From a virus, in IMG/VR virus record IMGVR_UViG_3300021426_000022, positions 1-53,610 of that record: DNA of 53,610 nucleotides. One strand, given 5' to 3'. How positions within the stretch are numbered: the stretch's first letter is position 1; the number at the start of each line of letters is the position of its first letter. Made by a program: the position numbers and the translations under genes. Under the pieces are notes generated by a model. The model made no database searches. It was not told the origin of the DNA and saw only the letters and a program-made list of their open reading frames with translations. Shown piece by piece: positions 7,862-17,381 of this stretch.

Positions 7862-10096
7862 CTAATCGTTGCGAATATAGCCGTTCGAATCGATGCTGTA
7901 CCTGCCGTCAAAGAGTGAAATCCGCCTTTTAAGTGACTTCTCGCTGTACCCGACACTGGTCAAAAATTCGTCCTTTTTTACTTTCCCTTTACCTTCGACG
8001 TCGAGCATTTCAAAAGTCTGTTCGAACTCGGAGCGCATCTCGTCGTCCCGTTCTTCCTTTGTCTTCGCCCGTTTTCCGGACTGCTTCAGGTTTCGGTTGC
8101 TCCGCGATCTGCCCTCTTCATCGGGCTTTATGTCCTGCAGCATCCCGGTCGTGTCCACCTCGTGAATCGGATACTTGAACCAGATATCTACCGGCTTGAA
8201 CCGTTTGAATTCTCGAAGAGTACCGTCTACCCTGAGGCCTGTATAAGCGTCCGCTTCCTCTTCCGCGGCAAGCATGACATTGAGAAAATCACCGAGCCAT
8301 TCCGTGATGCCCGTCCTGTCTTTTACTGCGTTGTAGTAATCTTCCGGCATGTTGAAATCGTATGCCTGCGGAAGTTCCGCCCATACTTTTCTGTAGTTCT
8401 CCTTAAGCCATGTGCTGCCGGCTTCAAGGGCTGCATTCCTTACGGTCTGACGCTTTGCATCCTCGGTGAGAGGAAGCTCGATCAGGTCGAGAAGCGCGTC
8501 AGGATCGCGTCCGAAGACGCCGGATCCGGAAGCTCTGTCCATGGACTTCTTACCGCCCTGGGCTCCCTTACTATGATGGTGGACGTATACGACAGCTGCT
8601 CCTGTCTCCGTAGCGATCCGGTCAAATTGGTTACAGAACTTCGCCATCTGTTCGGCAGAGTTCTCGTCTCCTGTCAGCACTTTATAGATCGGGTCTATCA
8701 CAATGACTTTGTAGCTGTGCTTTTTCGCACGCCTCACGAGCTTCGGAACGAGCTTGTCAATGCTCTCTGTCCGTCCTCTTAAGTTCCATATGTCAAGGTG
8801 CCTGAAGGCCTCTCTCGGCGTTCCTGTCGCTTCACATACGTCCTTGAATCGGTGCAGACAACTATTCCTGTCTAACTCAAGATTGACGTACAGGACGCGC
8901 CCCTGAGCGCATTTCCAGCCAATCCATGTCCTGCCTGATGCAACCGCCAGACAGAACTCTATAAGCAGAAAAGACTTGCCTGTCTTGGATCCGCCGACGA
9001 TCAGCATCTTGTGCCCTTCTCTCAGTACGCCCTCGACCAGCTCCGGCGCTTTCGGGGGGAGATTATCGATGATGTCGTAGATGTTTTCAAAATCTGGAAG
9101 ATCGTCGTTCACGGATTCGATGTACTCTTTCCATTCATCCCACGACCGCTTACCGATATTCGTGTCTACGATGTACTGCTTCTGTTTTCCCCGGATACAT
9201 CCCGGCAGCCGGGAGAGCCTCGACGGATTCTTGTTCTGTTCGTCGATGCTCATGCCATTCTTCTGGCATATCTTGTACAAAAAGTTGACTCGTGTTTTGT
9301 ATTCCGCGTAATTCGTCGCATCGATCCGAACAATGGCGTGCAGGCTCTTCCCGCCTGAATGCACGAGGACCGCGACAGGAAGCTCAAGCTCCCGGATCAG
9401 CGCGTTCTGCTTCTCAATGGCGAGTGTGTCAGATTCGACCAGGGCATACCGGAATTCCGTCACGTTCTCGTTCTTTCCGCCTTTACCATCGAGAGGATTG
9501 AAGCGCACCCATGCCCCTGCCTCCTTGTTGTAATCGCCGATCGCAGCTCCTATGTCATCACCGCAGGTGTCGAGTCGTTCCAGAATTTCGCTGACCGTGA
9601 AGGACATTCCCGCATTTCTGGGGATATATTTATTCCGCTCGTCATCCATACGGCTTTGAACGACAAGGCCGAAGGTCTCGTTCGGCTCGAAGAGCGTTTC
9701 GAGGTATCGCTTTAACTCCCTCGCCGGATGCCACTTGTCCGGCTCTTTTACTTCCCGATCTTCCACCCAGCCCGGGTCTACGATCTTCCCGTCAGCGATG
9801 AACTCCGCGTCCCAGTCCATAAAACCGCTCTGGATCTCTCTTGTCGGGTCCCATCCGTGGTCTATTGCGAGCTGATAGATTGTCCCGCCCGTGACAGGTT
9901 CCGCGGAGCCGTGGAAGGTCTCCCATTTTCGAAGGCATTCCCCTTCGTGGTACCTTGCCCGGTCTTTTGCGCTCCACGCCTCCCAGTCCTCGGCGGAATA
10001 GCCCTCATATTTGAGAGCCATTCCCACCTCGGTCCATTCGGTGTAGTCGCAGGATCCAGGGTCAAGATGTCTTAATATCTCTCTCAAATCATCCAT
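7862..10096 (-). CDS. Bifunctional primase-polymerase / RecA-fold (RepA/DnaB-like) helicase
   Basis: Prim-pol-like core VLVHSGGKSLHAIVRI. Walker A GGSKTGKSF and Walker B VIVIDPIYK. 744 aa. Confidence 0.82.
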   Translation of the reverse strand: MDDLREILRHLDPGSCDYTEWTEVGMALKYEGYSAEDWEAWSAKDRARYHEGECLRKWETFHGSAEPVTGGTIYQLAIDHGWDPTREIQSGFMDWDAEFIADGKIVDPGWVEDREVKEPDKWHPARELKRYLETLFEPNETFGLVVQSRMDDERNKYIPRNAGMSFTVSEILERLDTCGDDIGAAIGDYNKEAGAWVRFNPLDGKGGKNENVTEFRYALVESDTLAIEKQNALIRELELPVAVLVHSGGKSLHAIVRIDATNYAEYKTRVNFLYKICQKNGMSIDEQNKNPSRLSRLPGCIRGKQKQYIVDTNIGKRSWDEWKEYIESVNDDLPDFENIYDIIDNLPPKAPELVEGVLREGHKMLIVGGSKTGKSFLLIEFCLAVASGRTWIGWKCAQGRVLYVNLELDRNSCLHRFKDVCEATGTPREAFRHLDIWNLRGRTESIDKLVPKLVRRAKKHSYKVIVIDPIYKVLTGDENSAEQMAKFCNQFDRIATETGAAVVYVHHHSKGAQGGKKSMDRASGSGVFGRDPDALLDLIELPLTEDAKRQTVRNAALEAGSTWLKENYRKVWAELPQAYDFNMPEDYYNAVKDRTGITEWLGDFLNVMLAAEEEADAYTGLRVDGTLREFKRFKPVDIWFKYPIHEVDTTGMLQDIKPDEEGRSRSNRNLKQSGKRAKTKEERDDEMRSEFEQTFEMLDVEGKGKVKKDEFLTSVGYSEKSLKRRISLFDGRYSIDSNGYIRND

Positions 10097-11705
10097 TAAA
10101 CATTACCTGCTGTGATGGCGGGATGTATTCCACCGGATAGATGCCCTGCGGAATCCGCCAGCCGTTACCGGCTATCCTGTCGATCATTCTCCGCGCTTCG
10201 TCAAACTGCCATGTGCCAACATGCTGGAATCCCTTGTTCTCCAGGAATCGAATCTGCTTCGGTGTGGTCAGTCCTTCCATGCGTCTTGCCTGAAGCCTGT
10301 CGAGGATCTTAGCGGCCTTGCCGGCGTTCTCGATTTCCTCCGGAAAAATCCCGAACTTTTCAAGCGCCTGTTTCTGCTTGTCACTTGCCGGTGCCATCTC
10401 CCAACCGAAGGACGGGACATAGCCGGATAAATCCTCTGCCTGTATGGACATTTCGAACTGAAGCGGGTCAACAAGCTTCCGTTTCCGTGTCCGCATGGCT
10501 GCAAGCTCTTTTGCAAGGGCTTCCTCTCTCTGTGCGACAACATCTTCTGAAGCCTTCTGCTCTGCCTCTTCGAGATCCATTTCCGCGCCGGCATTCTCTT
10601 CCAGGTTTTTTGTCATCTGCTCCGCAACATCCGGAGAATCGCAGATGAGCGACGCCGGCCGGCACAGCTCGTGCTTCTCGGTCATCCAGAGAAAGTCGAG
10701 CAGAAGCAGGTGGTCTTTTCCGGGGGAGAGCCGCGTTCCGCGCCCTACCATCTGGCAGTACAGTCCTCTTACCTTTGTCGGTCTTAAGACCACGATGCAG
10801 TCCACCGCTGGACAGTCCCAACCTTCCGTAAGAAGCATGGAATTGCAGAGTACGTTATACTTTCCCGCCTCAAAATCCGCTAAAATCTCAGCACGATCAG
10901 CGCTGTCCCCGTTCACTTCTGCAGCCTTAAATCCCCGGCTTATTAAGATGTCCCGGAACTTCTGCGACGTTGCTATAAGCGGAAGGAATACGACTGTTTT
11001 CCTGTCCATGCAGTGCTCCGCCATCTGGTCTGCAATCTGGTCAAGGTACGGATCGAGTGCCGTTCCAATCTCTCCCACCTTGTAATCGCCGGCAGAAATA
11101 CCGACCTTAGATATGTCGAGCTTCAGCGGAATGGTGAGCGCCTTTATCTTGCAGAGATAACCCTGCTTTATTGCCTGTGTGATGCGGTATTCATAAGCTA
11201 AGCTGTCAAATACTTCGCCCAGGTTCTTCATATCGCCCCTGTCAGGCGTTGCCGTCACACCGAGCACCTTCGCACCGTCGAAGTAGTCTATGACGTTCCT
11301 GTAAGACGGAGACAGGGCGTGATGTGCCTCATCGATGATGATCGTGTTGAAGTAATCCGGCTTGAATCTGTCAAGCCTTGACTGCCTCATGAGTGTCTGC
11401 ACGCTTCCGACCGTTATCCGGTAGAAGCTGTCGAGGCAGGATTCCTCAGCCTTCTCTACGGAGCATCCGAGTCCCGTTGATTTGGCTATTTTGTCTCTTG
11501 CCTGGTCGAGCAGCTCTCCCCGATGAGCGAGGATGAGCACCCTGTCGCCCATCCTCACACGGTCTTCCGTTACCTTTGCAAAGCAGATCGTTTTTCCTGT
11601 TCCTGTCGGGAGCACGAGGAGCGTTCTCTTGACGCCTTTTCCCCATTCATCTTCAATGGCGTTTACGGCTTCTTTCTGATAGGGTCTCAGCTCCATCTTT
11701 GCCAT
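10089..11705 (-). CDS. Superfamily-2 DEAD/DEAH-box helicase
   Basis: Motif I LPTGTGKT, II IIIDEAHH, III VTATP, VI QMVGRGTR. Confidence 0.9.
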   Translation of the reverse strand: MAKMELRPYQKEAVNAIEDEWGKGVKRTLLVLPTGTGKTICFAKVTEDRVRMGDRVLILAHRGELLDQARDKIAKSTGLGCSVEKAEESCLDSFYRITVGSVQTLMRQSRLDRFKPDYFNTIIIDEAHHALSPSYRNVIDYFDGAKVLGVTATPDRGDMKNLGEVFDSLAYEYRITQAIKQGYLCKIKALTIPLKLDISKVGISAGDYKVGEIGTALDPYLDQIADQMAEHCMDRKTVVFLPLIATSQKFRDILISRGFKAAEVNGDSADRAEILADFEAGKYNVLCNSMLLTEGWDCPAVDCIVVLRPTKVRGLYCQMVGRGTRLSPGKDHLLLLDFLWMTEKHELCRPASLICDSPDVAEQMTKNLEENAGAEMDLEEAEQKASEDVVAQREEALAKELAAMRTRKRKLVDPLQFEMSIQAEDLSGYVPSFGWEMAPASDKQKQALEKFGIFPEEIENAGKAAKILDRLQARRMEGLTTPKQIRFLENKGFQHVGTWQFDEARRMIDRIAGNGWRIPQGIYPVEYIPPSQQVMFNG

Positions 11706-12212
11706 TTAAAATCCCCTCTTCCATGCCGGAGCAGTCGCCGAAGGATCGCAGAAGCGGTCGATCTGATTGCTCTGTCCCTTGGATCCGTCTCTCTTCGTGT
11801 ACTCGTTCACGCTGACTTCACACTGTCCGCCCCTCGTAATCAGTGCAGGCCAGTTCATGCGCAGCTGTTCGCCCTGCTTGGCAAGCCCTACGGAAATGAA
11901 AAGCTGTGAAATCTTCCATTTGAACTTCTGGTGCAGGATGAAGTTCTCATGACGGGTGACTTCGATCTCTTCACCGTCATCTGCTTTTCCGGTGATGCGG
12001 AAGGTCACATTTGCCATCGGGCAGCCTGCATACTTGCTGACGCTTCCGTCATTCTTCTTCTGATCGGATACATACGTGCGCTCTACATCCTCAATTACAA
12101 AGGGATACGTACCTGCGGGAAGGGTCTTCCATTCCGGGGCTGTAGCGTCCGCCTCGAACGAGTCTTCCCATGTCATGAATTCTTCATCGTGAGTGTATTT
12201 GTTGTCTGCCAT
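11706..12212 (-). CDS. DUF669-like protein (accessory to Sak4-type recombinases)
   Basis: 168 aa, positioned immediately downstream of the AAA_24 gene as in Sak4/DUF669 modules. Pattern LPAGTYPFVIEDVE...KFKWKISQLFISVG. Confidence 0.6.
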   Translation of the reverse strand: MADNKYTHDEEFMTWEDSFEADATAPEWKTLPAGTYPFVIEDVERTYVSDQKKNDGSVSKYAGCPMANVTFRITGKADDGEEIEVTRHENFILHQKFKWKISQLFISVGLAKQGEQLRMNWPALITRGGQCEVSVNEYTKRDGSKGQSNQIDRFCDPSATAPAWKRGF

Positions 12213-12228
12213 TTCAAATCCTCCTTAC

Positions 12229-13506
12229 TTAGTCGTTGAATGGTATTTCTGCTTTGTTTCTTGCTTCTTTTGCCATAGCCGCGACCTTGTCAAAGTACGG
12301 CATAAGCCATCCGTTCACGAAATCATCCGGATATTCACTGACCGGCATATCAGGCGGGAAGTAGCCCTTTGTCGATACGACGTTCTGAATGTCCCACTCA
12401 TCCGTGTCGTACTGCTTCATGAGTCTTGCGACCTTCTCGGGGATTGCAGGATCAATCTCAAGCTCCCGGGTCTCTTCCTTTATGTTCTGCCACGCCGCGG
12501 CCTGCTTCGCCTTATGCTCTGCCACCTTCTTCTCGGCAAACGCGGTCTGCTTCGGGCTTGCGTCTTCCTTCGGCTTGTCACCAAGAACAGACTTTGCATC
12601 ATACTCGCGCTTCGTGATCTCTTTTGCGTCCCGAAGAGCATCTTCAGTCGGGATCGGCTCGCCCTTCTCCACCTTCCAGAACTTGTCACCCGTCACGAAG
12701 TAATGCGTCTTCTTTGCAACTTCGACCTTCGGTGCGGGTGCTTCCGGAACAGTCGGCTTGTTCATGGCGAGCATTCCCTCTTCGATGATTCCCCGGATGC
12801 CTTCATAGGAAAAATCCATCTCAGATGGAAGGCCGTAACGGTTCTTCGCATCCCAACACGGATGATGCTCCGTATACATGACGCGCCGGCCGCCTTTGCC
12901 TTTGCCCTTGCCCTGCTTGTCCTTGTCCGTCACAATCGTCTTGTAGTTGGCAAAAAGAACCATGTCTCCCCATTCCTTAACGGTCGCGCATATGTTGGAC
13001 TTCGGGCTGTTCTGGAGCTTCATTTCCCACCTGTCATAACTTCCGGCCTCGTCCGGCTGTTCGAACTTCCGCATCATGGCGTGTGCAGTGATGACGATAT
13101 TGAACCCCTTATCCGCAGCCTCGGAGAGCAGATTCAGGAGCTTTCCGAACTCTTCCCATGCTACGCGGTAGCCGGTACCGTATCCGGGTGATGAAATGCT
13201 GTCCCAATGATTCATGCTGCAAACATGGTCGGCACACATCTTTTCAGCCCAGTCGGCCGTATCAACTACGATGGTCCTGCATGGAACATCAATGTTTCCG
13301 CTGATGATTTCCTTAATGTCGGCAAGCAGCTCCGTCCATGAGAGCGGTTCAATTCTCGCTACATCCATAGCTGCGGTAGACCCTTCGGTGTCCAGGAACA
13401 CCGGATCCGGGAACTGCGCTGCAAATGTGCTCTTGCCGATTCCTTCCGGGCCGTAAAGCACGACCTTCTTTGCTTTGGGAATTCTCCCCTTTGAAACTTT
13501 AATCAT
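12229..13506 (-). CDS. AAA_24 (Sak4-like RecA-fold) ATPase with a ~190-aa C-terminal extension
   Basis: Walker A LYGPEGIGKST and Walker B IVVDTADW. Module context alongside DUF669 and the helicase. Confidence 0.78.
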   Translation of the reverse strand: MIKVSKGRIPKAKKVVLYGPEGIGKSTFAAQFPDPVFLDTEGSTAAMDVARIEPLSWTELLADIKEIISGNIDVPCRTIVVDTADWAEKMCADHVCSMNHWDSISSPGYGTGYRVAWEEFGKLLNLLSEAADKGFNIVITAHAMMRKFEQPDEAGSYDRWEMKLQNSPKSNICATVKEWGDMVLFANYKTIVTDKDKQGKGKGKGGRRVMYTEHHPCWDAKNRYGLPSEMDFSYEGIRGIIEEGMLAMNKPTVPEAPAPKVEVAKKTHYFVTGDKFWKVEKGEPIPTEDALRDAKEITKREYDAKSVLGDKPKEDASPKQTAFAEKKVAEHKAKQAAAWQNIKEETRELEIDPAIPEKVARLMKQYDTDEWDIQNVVSTKGYFPPDMPVSEYPDDFVNGWLMPYFDKVAAMAKEARNKAEIPFND

Positions 13507-13518
13507 TTAGATACCTCC

Positions 13519-14856
13519 TTAGAACTCTCCCGGTGTCCATGCCTTAGCCTGGAACGTCTTCTTAGTTTCCTTCTTCGGCACACCTTTTTTCGGTGCTTCG
13601 GCAATGGTGCCGTCCTCGATGATGATGGAGCATTCATCGCCGGTGCTTACCCTGGTGGCGATGACCTGTAATCCTTCGGCTTCAAGCCATTTTCCGAACT
13701 CTGCGAGTGTGTCTGTATCCATCTGCTCCAGCTTGTCCATGAGGACGAATCCACACTCCGGATTAAGCTTCCGGACAATGGCAGTTGCTACGATCAGCTG
13801 CTCCGCACTGGACATGTCTGACCACTGCTGACCTTTGTATACGAGAGCGCCTTCGCTGACGGAAAGTCCTTCAAGGGGCAGGTCCGCGGAATCAAGCAGG
13901 GCCTTACGCTGGCTTCTTACGGCTTCCAGTTCTCCGGTCATCTTGTCATACTCATTCCGGAGCTGTTCTGCTTCATCTACGGCATTGGCCTTTGTGAGGT
14001 TCGCCCTGACACGGCGGTTGATTTCTTCGATGTTGGCAATGCTCTCTTCGATCTCCGCTGTACTCTCATCCTCAAGCTGGGCGGCGTCCTTCATGGCGAT
14101 GGCTTCATCCTCGGCGGTCTTCTCATAAGCCTTTTTGCGCTCTTCCAGTCTTGCAGTAAGTTCTGCAATCTGATTTTCAAGCCGCTGAGCCTCGTCAAAG
14201 ATACGATGCTTTTCAAACGTGATTTCCTTTACCCGGTCACGCTTGCGCTGATTCTCGCCGTTCCGGGCAAGGATCTCCTGCTGCTGTTTGATCAGATCGG
14301 AAGCACTGACCAGCTCTTCCGGTGCATCGGGGTAATATTCCAGAGCTTCCGCGAGCTTGCTCTTTTTGTCCGCATCCCTGCCGACGAGCGTGCGTTCGCT
14401 GTAAATGAAGTTTTCCTTCTTATCCAGTTCGGCAAGTTCTTCGCCCACACCGATAATCTGTAGCAGCGTTTCGCCCTTCTCCTTGTCGGAAGCATTCAGA
14501 AACTTCGGAAGATTGAGGGCAAGCGGCTCAATGAACTCGTTCAGGAGCCTCTGACCGCCCTTGCGTCCGCTCGGATCCGTGACCTTGAGCGAGGCATTCT
14601 TACCGGAACGCTCCACGATGAGACCATTAGAAAGTTCAATTCTGATTTTTCCGGGAACCGCAGAACCTTCCCGGTTGAAGTTCTTCGGACGGTTCTTTTC
14701 TCCACCCAATGCATACACGATGCCGTCCAGGACGCTGGTCTTGCCGTTGGCGTTCTTTCCCCCGATGATGGTCAGCCCATCCTCTGACGGAGTGAACTGT
14801 ACCGCCTTGATACGCTTCACGTTTTCTGCTTCAAATGATGTGATTTTTACTGACAT
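13519..14856 (-). CDS. SbcC/Rad50-like (AAA_23) ATPase with a central coiled coil
   Basis: N-terminal GGKNANGKTSVLDGIVYALGG, a long heptad-rich middle, and a C-terminal FVLMDKLEQMD Walker B/D-loop. Confidence 0.78.
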   Translation of the reverse strand: MSVKITSFEAENVKRIKAVQFTPSEDGLTIIGGKNANGKTSVLDGIVYALGGEKNRPKNFNREGSAVPGKIRIELSNGLIVERSGKNASLKVTDPSGRKGGQRLLNEFIEPLALNLPKFLNASDKEKGETLLQIIGVGEELAELDKKENFIYSERTLVGRDADKKSKLAEALEYYPDAPEELVSASDLIKQQQEILARNGENQRKRDRVKEITFEKHRIFDEAQRLENQIAELTARLEERKKAYEKTAEDEAIAMKDAAQLEDESTAEIEESIANIEEINRRVRANLTKANAVDEAEQLRNEYDKMTGELEAVRSQRKALLDSADLPLEGLSVSEGALVYKGQQWSDMSSAEQLIVATAIVRKLNPECGFVLMDKLEQMDTDTLAEFGKWLEAEGLQVIATRVSTGDECSIIIEDGTIAEAPKKGVPKKETKKTFQAKAWTPGEF

Positions 14857-14868
14857 GAATCTCCTTTC

Positions 14869-14883
14869 TGTGATACAATCACA
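14869..14883. promoter_or_regulatory. Palindrome TGTGATacaATCACA upstream of the SbcC-like gene (operator-like)
   Basis: 6-bp perfect arms with a 3-bp spacer, 13 nt upstream of the ATG at 14856 and next to a GATTAAGACA motif copy. Confidence 0.3.
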
Positions 14884-14929
14884 ATGTCTTAATCTCTGAG
14901 CCGTTTAGGAATCCCTCACTCCTTGCGGC

Positions 14930-15535
14930 TCATTTTTTGCGTGCTTTACCTTCTTCAATCAGCTCGTAAAAGAGCTTTGTGTGATTCTTCCGTATGCGGC
15001 TAATTGCGGAACTGACGTCCTTTCTCGTCATCCCGTTTTTTTCACCGATTTCCTTCGGCGCGTATCCCTCACCGAGCAGCCGCACGATTTCTTTTGTCTT
15101 CTCGGCAATAGGTCTGGTTTGTTTGTGGAATACTACGGGTCTTGACGGGTCATTTCCGCAGGACGGCTTGTTAATTGGCGTCCACATCTCCGCCCCTTTC
15201 TTTTTGCGGGCCTGGAGCAGACAAAGCGTGTTGACGATGTCCCATGTATTGGGCTTGTGGAACCGCTTCGACAACTGATCGTAGGTGTACTTCGGCTTGC
15301 GCTCGTATCTGAGGCGCCATAATTCCTTCAGCTCTGCCGATGTCCATGTTCCGCAGAATCCGCTCCGGTCATTGTGTAGGTTTGCCCTGAGAAGACTCTG
15401 ATTTAACGCATCCTGCTTGCCTTGCTTCGCTTCTTTGTTGCTCGTCTTTTTCCGGTATGTCTCCGCGCCGTGTTGGAAGTTCTCCCACCCTGCCGGCTTG
15501 TAAGCCTTGTACGGCACGGCAGTCACGGCGCTCAT
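14930..15535 (-). CDS. Putative transcriptional regulator with a C-terminal LuxR/sigma-70 region-4-like HTH
   Basis: C-terminus GYAPKEIGEKNGMTRKDVSSAISRIRKNH. 201 aa. Confidence 0.55.
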   Translation of the reverse strand: MSAVTAVPYKAYKPAGWENFQHGAETYRKKTSNKEAKQGKQDALNQSLLRANLHNDRSGFCGTWTSAELKELWRLRYERKPKYTYDQLSKRFHKPNTWDIVNTLCLLQARKKKGAEMWTPINKPSCGNDPSRPVVFHKQTRPIAEKTKEIVRLLGEGYAPKEIGEKNGMTRKDVSSAISRIRKNHTKLFYELIEEGKARKK

Positions 15536-16053
15536 TGGTTTCCCTCCGTTACCTCGGTCGGATTGGAATATTCCGCTACAAGCTCGGCATAGCGGTCAGG
15601 ATGCTTCGATTTAAAGTTACTCACGTTAGCGGAAACCGTCGCAGGTGCGACATGGCACAAGGCAGCGACATCTTTTGTCCGCATTCCCGACAACTGCATT
15701 TTCACTTGGTCCTCAACCGAACGAGAAAGCTTCTCGGGCTTTTCTTCGGGTACATCGGGCAGGTCGGCGGGTTCTGCTTCTCCGCCTTCAGAATCTCCGG
15801 CTTCACATACGGTCTCAGCTTCTTCTGCCTCTTCGTTTCCGCCTGTTTCCAGTCCGCTACAATCTTCTCCATGCTGTGCATTCAAATTGCCTCCTTCCAT
15901 CCAATCACTCAGCTCATCCGTGCATTTCGGGCATAAATCCCGCGGACTGCCGACCGTCTCAACTCCGTACATCCAACAGATACCCGACACTTCGCCGGTC
16001 TTTGGTATGTCGTAAAATGTTCCGCATCGGTCACATTTTCTTGCTACTGCCAT
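15532..16053 (-). CDS. Zn-ribbon plus C-terminal HTH protein with an acidic linker
   Basis: CDRCG...CPKC ribbon at the N-terminus and MRTKDVAALCHVAPATVSANVSNF near the C-terminus. SD is GAGAAAGGAGAGACG-ATG. Confidence 0.55.
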   Translation of the reverse strand: MAVARKCDRCGTFYDIPKTGEVSGICWMYGVETVGSPRDLCPKCTDELSDWMEGGNLNAQHGEDCSGLETGGNEEAEEAETVCEAGDSEGGEAEPADLPDVPEEKPEKLSRSVEDQVKMQLSGMRTKDVAALCHVAPATVSANVSNFKSKHPDRYAELVAEYSNPTEVTEGNQ

Positions 16054-16066
16054 CGTCTCTCCTTTC

Positions 16067-16195
16067 TCAGTTGAATGTGAACATTATCGGAATGAGCAAC
16101 ACGGCAAGCACGAACGCGATCGTCGCGCATCCCATTCCCATTGCGATCCCTTCAAAGAATCTATTTTTCAGTTCCTCGTCATACTTCTCAAACAC
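16067..16195 (-). CDS. Possible small membrane protein (42 aa, GTG start)
   Basis: Below the ORF-track cutoff. GTG overlaps the upstream stop, with a GAGGAGG SD 6 nt upstream. Hydrophobic core GCATIAFVLAVLLIPIMF. Confidence 0.4.
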   Translation of the reverse strand: MFEKYDEELKNRFFEGIAMGMGCATIAFVLAVLLIPIMFTFN

Positions 16196-16403
16196 CTCTT
16201 GCCTCCTCGATCAGCTCCCTGAGCTTCTTCTTTTCCTGCTCCGTCAAGTCGTGCCTGGCACCGTCCAGAAAGTAAAACGGGCTTTCGGAAAACGGTTCCT
16301 TGATAGCTGCCTGATATACATCACCCGTTCCGATGACGTAGGTGTTAAGCGTGGCGCGGATGCCCTTGCCGACTGTCTCGACCTTGATACTGATTGTTTT
16401 CAT
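16188..16403 (-). CDS. Hypothetical protein (71 aa)
   Basis: ORF overlapping the upstream stop by 4 nt. Confidence 0.55.
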   Translation of the reverse strand: MKTISIKVETVGKGIRATLNTYVIGTGDVYQAAIKEPFSESPFYFLDGARHDLTEQEKKKLRELIEEARGV

Positions 16404-16645
16404 GCTGGCTTTCTCCTTCTTCCGAAGATTCTCCGCCGCGTCGACCGTTTGACTGTCTCGGATAAGTTGTTCTGCCTCAGATTGAATCTCTCAATCCAGT
16501 CGGGAAGGTCGTCAACGTAGACGAACCACTTCCCGCCCCCGGGTGTCTTAAATCCAGGAAAATCTTCTTCTTGAGCGTAGCGCTTGAGCTGATCACGGGA
16601 ATAGCCAAGCTCTACCAACTGGGTAAAACTCATAACCCGTTTCAT
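16400..16645 (-). CDS. Excisionase/MerR-like (HTH_17) DNA-binding protein; candidate Xis
   Basis: MSFTQLVELGYSRDQLKRYAQEEDFPGFKTPGGGKWFVYVDDLPDWI matches the winged-helix Xis-type pattern. Confidence 0.65.
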   Translation of the reverse strand: MKRVMSFTQLVELGYSRDQLKRYAQEEDFPGFKTPGGGKWFVYVDDLPDWIERFNLRQNNLSETVKRSTRRRIFGRRRKPA

Positions 16646-16668
16646 TTCTGCGCCTCCTTTCCGTGAAT

Positions 16669-16884
16669 TTAATTCACACTTCCGGCCAAAAAAATAGCGT
16701 CACGTTCTTCGGTTGTGAGACGAAGCACGTTAGTGATCCCGACTATCTCCTTGGCTGTGAATTCGCCGATGCCCTTCTTGCGATTATAATAGGTCTCTCT
16801 TGAGATCCCCGCCGCCTTACTGATCGCTTCGATTGTTGATCCTGAACGCTTCATAATGCTTTCAAGCATTTCAAAATCTGTCAT
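16669..16884 (-). CDS. Small HTH protein, Cro-like candidate (71 aa)
   Basis: HTH segment STIEAISKAAGISRETYYNRKKG. Confidence 0.65.
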   Translation of the reverse strand: MTDFEMLESIMKRSGSTIEAISKAAGISRETYYNRKKGIGEFTAKEIVGITNVLRLTTEERDAIFLAGSVN

Positions 16885-16904
16885 GCATTACCTCCTTTCT
16901 CTTT

Positions 16905-17381
16905 TCATGCTCCGATTGCACTGATTACTGCAAATACAGGTTCAAGTTCCTGCAAGTCCCGGTATTTGCGCTTGAATGCTCCAAGCTCTGCCAATGCGTT
17001 ACGGTAGAGCACCCCGCGAGACCTGTCATCAGCCATCGCCGATGCGATATTGATGTACCGGGCTTTGTTGTGCTGGCTTCCATTGGATACATTGACAAAT
17101 GCTTTGACCGTCTTCGGTTCAGCTCCTTCGGCATCGATCTCAATTCGAAGATTGTTGATGATTGTTTTGGACTGATGGAGACGATACTTCTCAGCTGCAA
17201 CATCATCTCTCCACTCAAACATCCCGTGTGTGGGTGAGTCTTCCGGTCTGGAAGCATCCAGAAATGCTTCCTTGGTGACCTGTCCGTCTCTTGCTTCAAT
17301 GACTTCCAACGTCTGCCCTACCGTTTCCGCCGGCACCTTGTATGCTTCTGCCGCGTAACTGTACTTGCGTTTGTATACCAT
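16905..17381 (-). CDS. Hypothetical protein (158 aa)
   Basis: Start moved to the ATG (MVYKRKYSY...) behind AAAGGAGGTGTACGA. The upstream part of the track ORF lies in the repeat tract. Confidence 0.65.
   Translation of the reverse strand: MVYKRKYSYAAEAYKVPAETVGQTLEVIEARDGQVTKEAFLDASRPEDSPTHGMFEWRDDVAAEKYRLHQSKTIINNLRIEIDAEGAEPKTVKAFVNVSNGSQHNKARYINIASAMADDRSRGVLYRNALAELGAFKRKYRDLQELEPVFAVISAIGA

Noticed and set aside
7450-7956. 168-aa minus-strand ORF spanning the iteron region and overlapping the primase-helicase 3' end
   Set aside because: Most of it translates direct repeats and palindromes and overlaps the upstream gene by 95 nt. Only the last 45 codons, which follow a purine-rich stretch, were kept, and only as a low-confidence CDS.
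12193-13191. 332-aa plus-strand ORF antisense to the AAA_24 gene (likewise 15645-16520, 27087-27863, 41810-42907 and 42929-43696 on the plus strand)
   Set aside because: All are antisense to well-supported minus-strand genes, lack SD sequences, and give Leu/Arg/Ser/Cys-rich products typical of shadow frames.
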